From Alphaproteobacteria bacterium (lineage in GTDB: Bacteria; Pseudomonadota; Alphaproteobacteria; GCA-2731375): a DNA stretch of 64,000 nucleotides. Positions 62,085 through 64,000 of the stretch are shown in pieces (position 1 is the first letter of the stretch; each line of letters starts with the position of its first letter). The notes under the pieces are model-generated. The model searched no databases. It was given only the letters and a program-made list of their open reading frames with translations, and was not told the DNA's origin. The position numbers and the translations under genes are program-made. The stretch spans positions 32,001 through 96,000 of the forward strand of contig CBDDBZ010000039.1 in the NCBI GenBank assembly GCA_965225945.1, in the 5' to 3' direction.

Positions 62085-62189
62085 CTGTCGTTCCTCAAAA
62101 CCTCGTCGGCCGCGGAAATCCTGGCATTTCAGCCCCGTGGTTCCTGAAAATCTCGTCTGTTGCGGAAGTCCCGGCGTTTTTGGCCTCGG
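62085..62189 (+). repeat. tandem pair of roughly 50-bp IS-end-like repeats
   Basis: ctgtcgttcctcaaaacctcg... at 62085 and ccgtggttcctgaaaatctcg... at 62135. Confidence 0.8.
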
Positions 62190-62306
62190 CTGGATGGTGT
62201 CCCCAACATGCACACGATCGTCGTTCGTCCTCTCCATTCAACGCTTCGCGATGCCTTCTGTTCGGATGATCGCGGTCGGCCTCCACGGATATACGCCGTG
62301 GTTGTA

Positions 62307-62525
62307 GGGTGGTGGTGCAGGGAGGCACTAGCGAACTCGTCTCTGTCGTCGCCGGGGCAATTTCCCTGTTATGCAGGGAATTTACAGGGAAATTCGCCGG
62401 ATTCGGCCGAAATTCGACCGCCTTCTCGGTCTAACCATCTGATATTGTTGGATAAAATCTGTAAATTCCCTACTCAACGGAACAGGGAATTTAAACGGCG
62501 TATCAGCGAAATAGCAGGGAATTCG
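62307..62525. repeat. cluster of CAGGGAA/TTCCCT direct and inverted motifs after a degenerate tRNA-end-like sequence; probable recombinase att-associated region
   Basis: ttccctgttatgcagggaatttacagggaa; aattccctactcaacggaacagggaatt; gcagggaattc. Confidence 0.55.
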
Positions 62526-62742
62526 AAGTGACCCGTTTGCCAGGCCGAGCCGATTCCTTCGATGCCGTGGCGCCATGTTTGGGTCGCCAGTCGGTTTGCA
62601 TCTGCTGACCGGCGAGACACACCCGCAGAAGTTCGCGAACATGCTGAACGCGTTGACCGATGGCCGTCGAACGCCGGCCATGATCGTCGCGCGGAAGGCG
62701 TAGGGACACGCGCTTCCGCCGGTCAGCCGGCAGTCTGGTGGC

Positions 62743-63022
62743 TCAGCTGGCGGCCTCGACCACGACCCGTCCACGACCACGGCGCACAGTGTATCGACCG
62801 CGTGGGAGGCTCTTGATAGTCCGGTCCTCGATCAGGCCCATCACCGCCTCAGCGATAGATTTCGCAGTCTTGTCGGTCGGGGGAGCCTTGGTGGCCGCAG
62901 GGCGCGATCTATGCCACTCGACAAATGCCTTGGTGCCGAGATCATCTCCGATGGACTTGCGCAAGGCGCTCAACTTACGGACTTCCATCTTGGTGAGGTT
63001 GGACTCGTCGAGGCTGGGCTTA
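62743..63022 (-). pseudogene. small hypothetical gene probably interrupted near its 5' end by IS630 copy 2
   Basis: The frame KPSLDESNLTKMEVRKLSALRKSIGD...RGRYTVRRGRG runs open up to the IS end. Confidence 0.5.
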
Positions 63023-64000
63023 TACCAATCGGCATTAATCAGAACTTATGCGCCCATTTACGCCGCCCGATGGACGTGATGTTCCATGGTTGATCGATGA
63101 GCTTGTTCCAGGCTTCGCAGCAGGAGGTGATGATCTGCTCGTCGGATTGGAAGACCAAGTTGGACAGCCAGTTGTCGCGCATGAACTGCCAGATGTTTTC
63201 GGTCGGATTGAGCTCCGGCGAGCGTGGTGGCAGGGGCAGGAGGGTAACGTTGGCGGGGATCTTCAGCTTGTCCGTGGTGTGCCAACCCGCCTGATCGAGG
63301 AGCAGGAGGGCATGCGCGCGCGCGCCTACCCGGGAGGAGATCTCCTCCAGATGCAGCTGCATGGCCTGGGTGTCGCAGTGGGGGAGCACGAGGGCGGCGC
63401 CGACGCCGCGTTCGGGACAGATGGCGCCGAAGATATAGGCTGATTTGGTGCGCTGGTCATGCGGTGCGCGGGGCCGGGTTCCGCGCCGCGCCCAGCGCCG
63501 AGTGATCTTGTTCTTCTGGCCGACACGGGCTTCGTCCTGCCACCAGATTTCTATCTCGGTGCCGTCGGGCAGGCGCCGGCGGGCTTGTGCCACCAGCTCG
63601 GGGAATTTTTTTTAAAATCCTCGATGACGCCCTCCTCCTGGGCATGGTGGCGCGGACGCGCCGTCATCTTCGTGAAGCCCATCGCCTTCAATTCCCGGCT
63701 CACCGTGGTCTCGTCGAGCGAGATCGCGAACATATCCCGGATCCAGCCCGCCAGATCCTTCAGCCGCCAGCGCACCACGCCGTCGACCGCCGGGTTCGGC
63801 CCCGCATCGACGCGTGCCCCCAGCGCCTGGCGTTGTGCATCGTCGAGCTTCGCCACCGCACCGGGCGCCTTGCGATCGATCAAGCCGTCCGGGCCCTCGG
63901 CGTTGAAATGCAACACCCAATCTCGGATCACCTGAAGCCCCACGTGGCCGGTCCGTGCCGCATCCGTCCGCCGCCCACCGTCATAGATCACCGCGAGAGC
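63023..64000 (-). mobile_element. IS630-family insertion sequence, copy 2 (runs off the window)
   Basis: Near-identical to 37343 onward; same ctta flank. Confidence 0.93.

Noticed and set aside
37343-64000. Composite transposon between the two IS630 copies
   Set aside because: Copy 1 has both halves of its own target gene on either side, which indicates an independent insertion.

Overview
High-GC alphaproteobacterial chromosome segment (Rhodospirillales-like by gene order; inferred). About 1-36 kb is mostly core and metabolic: the murA-DUF2948-hisG-hisD-UPF0262-infA-maf-rng-yacG block, two Fe/2OG dioxygenases, a hydantoinase/oxoprolinase A/B pair, a CoA-transferase, a frameshifted 3-sulfinopropanoyl-CoA desulfinase homolog, a class III adenylate cyclase with three 101-aa repeats, tRNA-Arg(CCT), acetolactate synthase, hisE, HIT, csp, an STT3-like glycosyltransferase and a sulfatase. 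The left edge carries an AhpD-like gene whose TGA sits in a CxxU motif followed by a SECIS-like hairpin, so it is a probable selenoprotein. From about 36 kb the window is increasingly mobile. An IS630 splits a NucS-domain gene and an IS1595 (23-bp IRs, 8-bp TSD) splits a small gene. A serine-recombinase/DUF2924/DUF3489/DUF5681 element abuts a tRNA-Ala 3' fragment, and its recombinase is split by a 4.1-kb IS21 carrying a Zn-finger gene and a degenerate DUF3991/Toprim gene. A 5'-truncated group II intron has its domain VI plus 3' splice site present as three exact 38-bp tandem copies, and a second IS630 runs off the right edge. All family assignments come from motif recognition by eye; no database searches were run.
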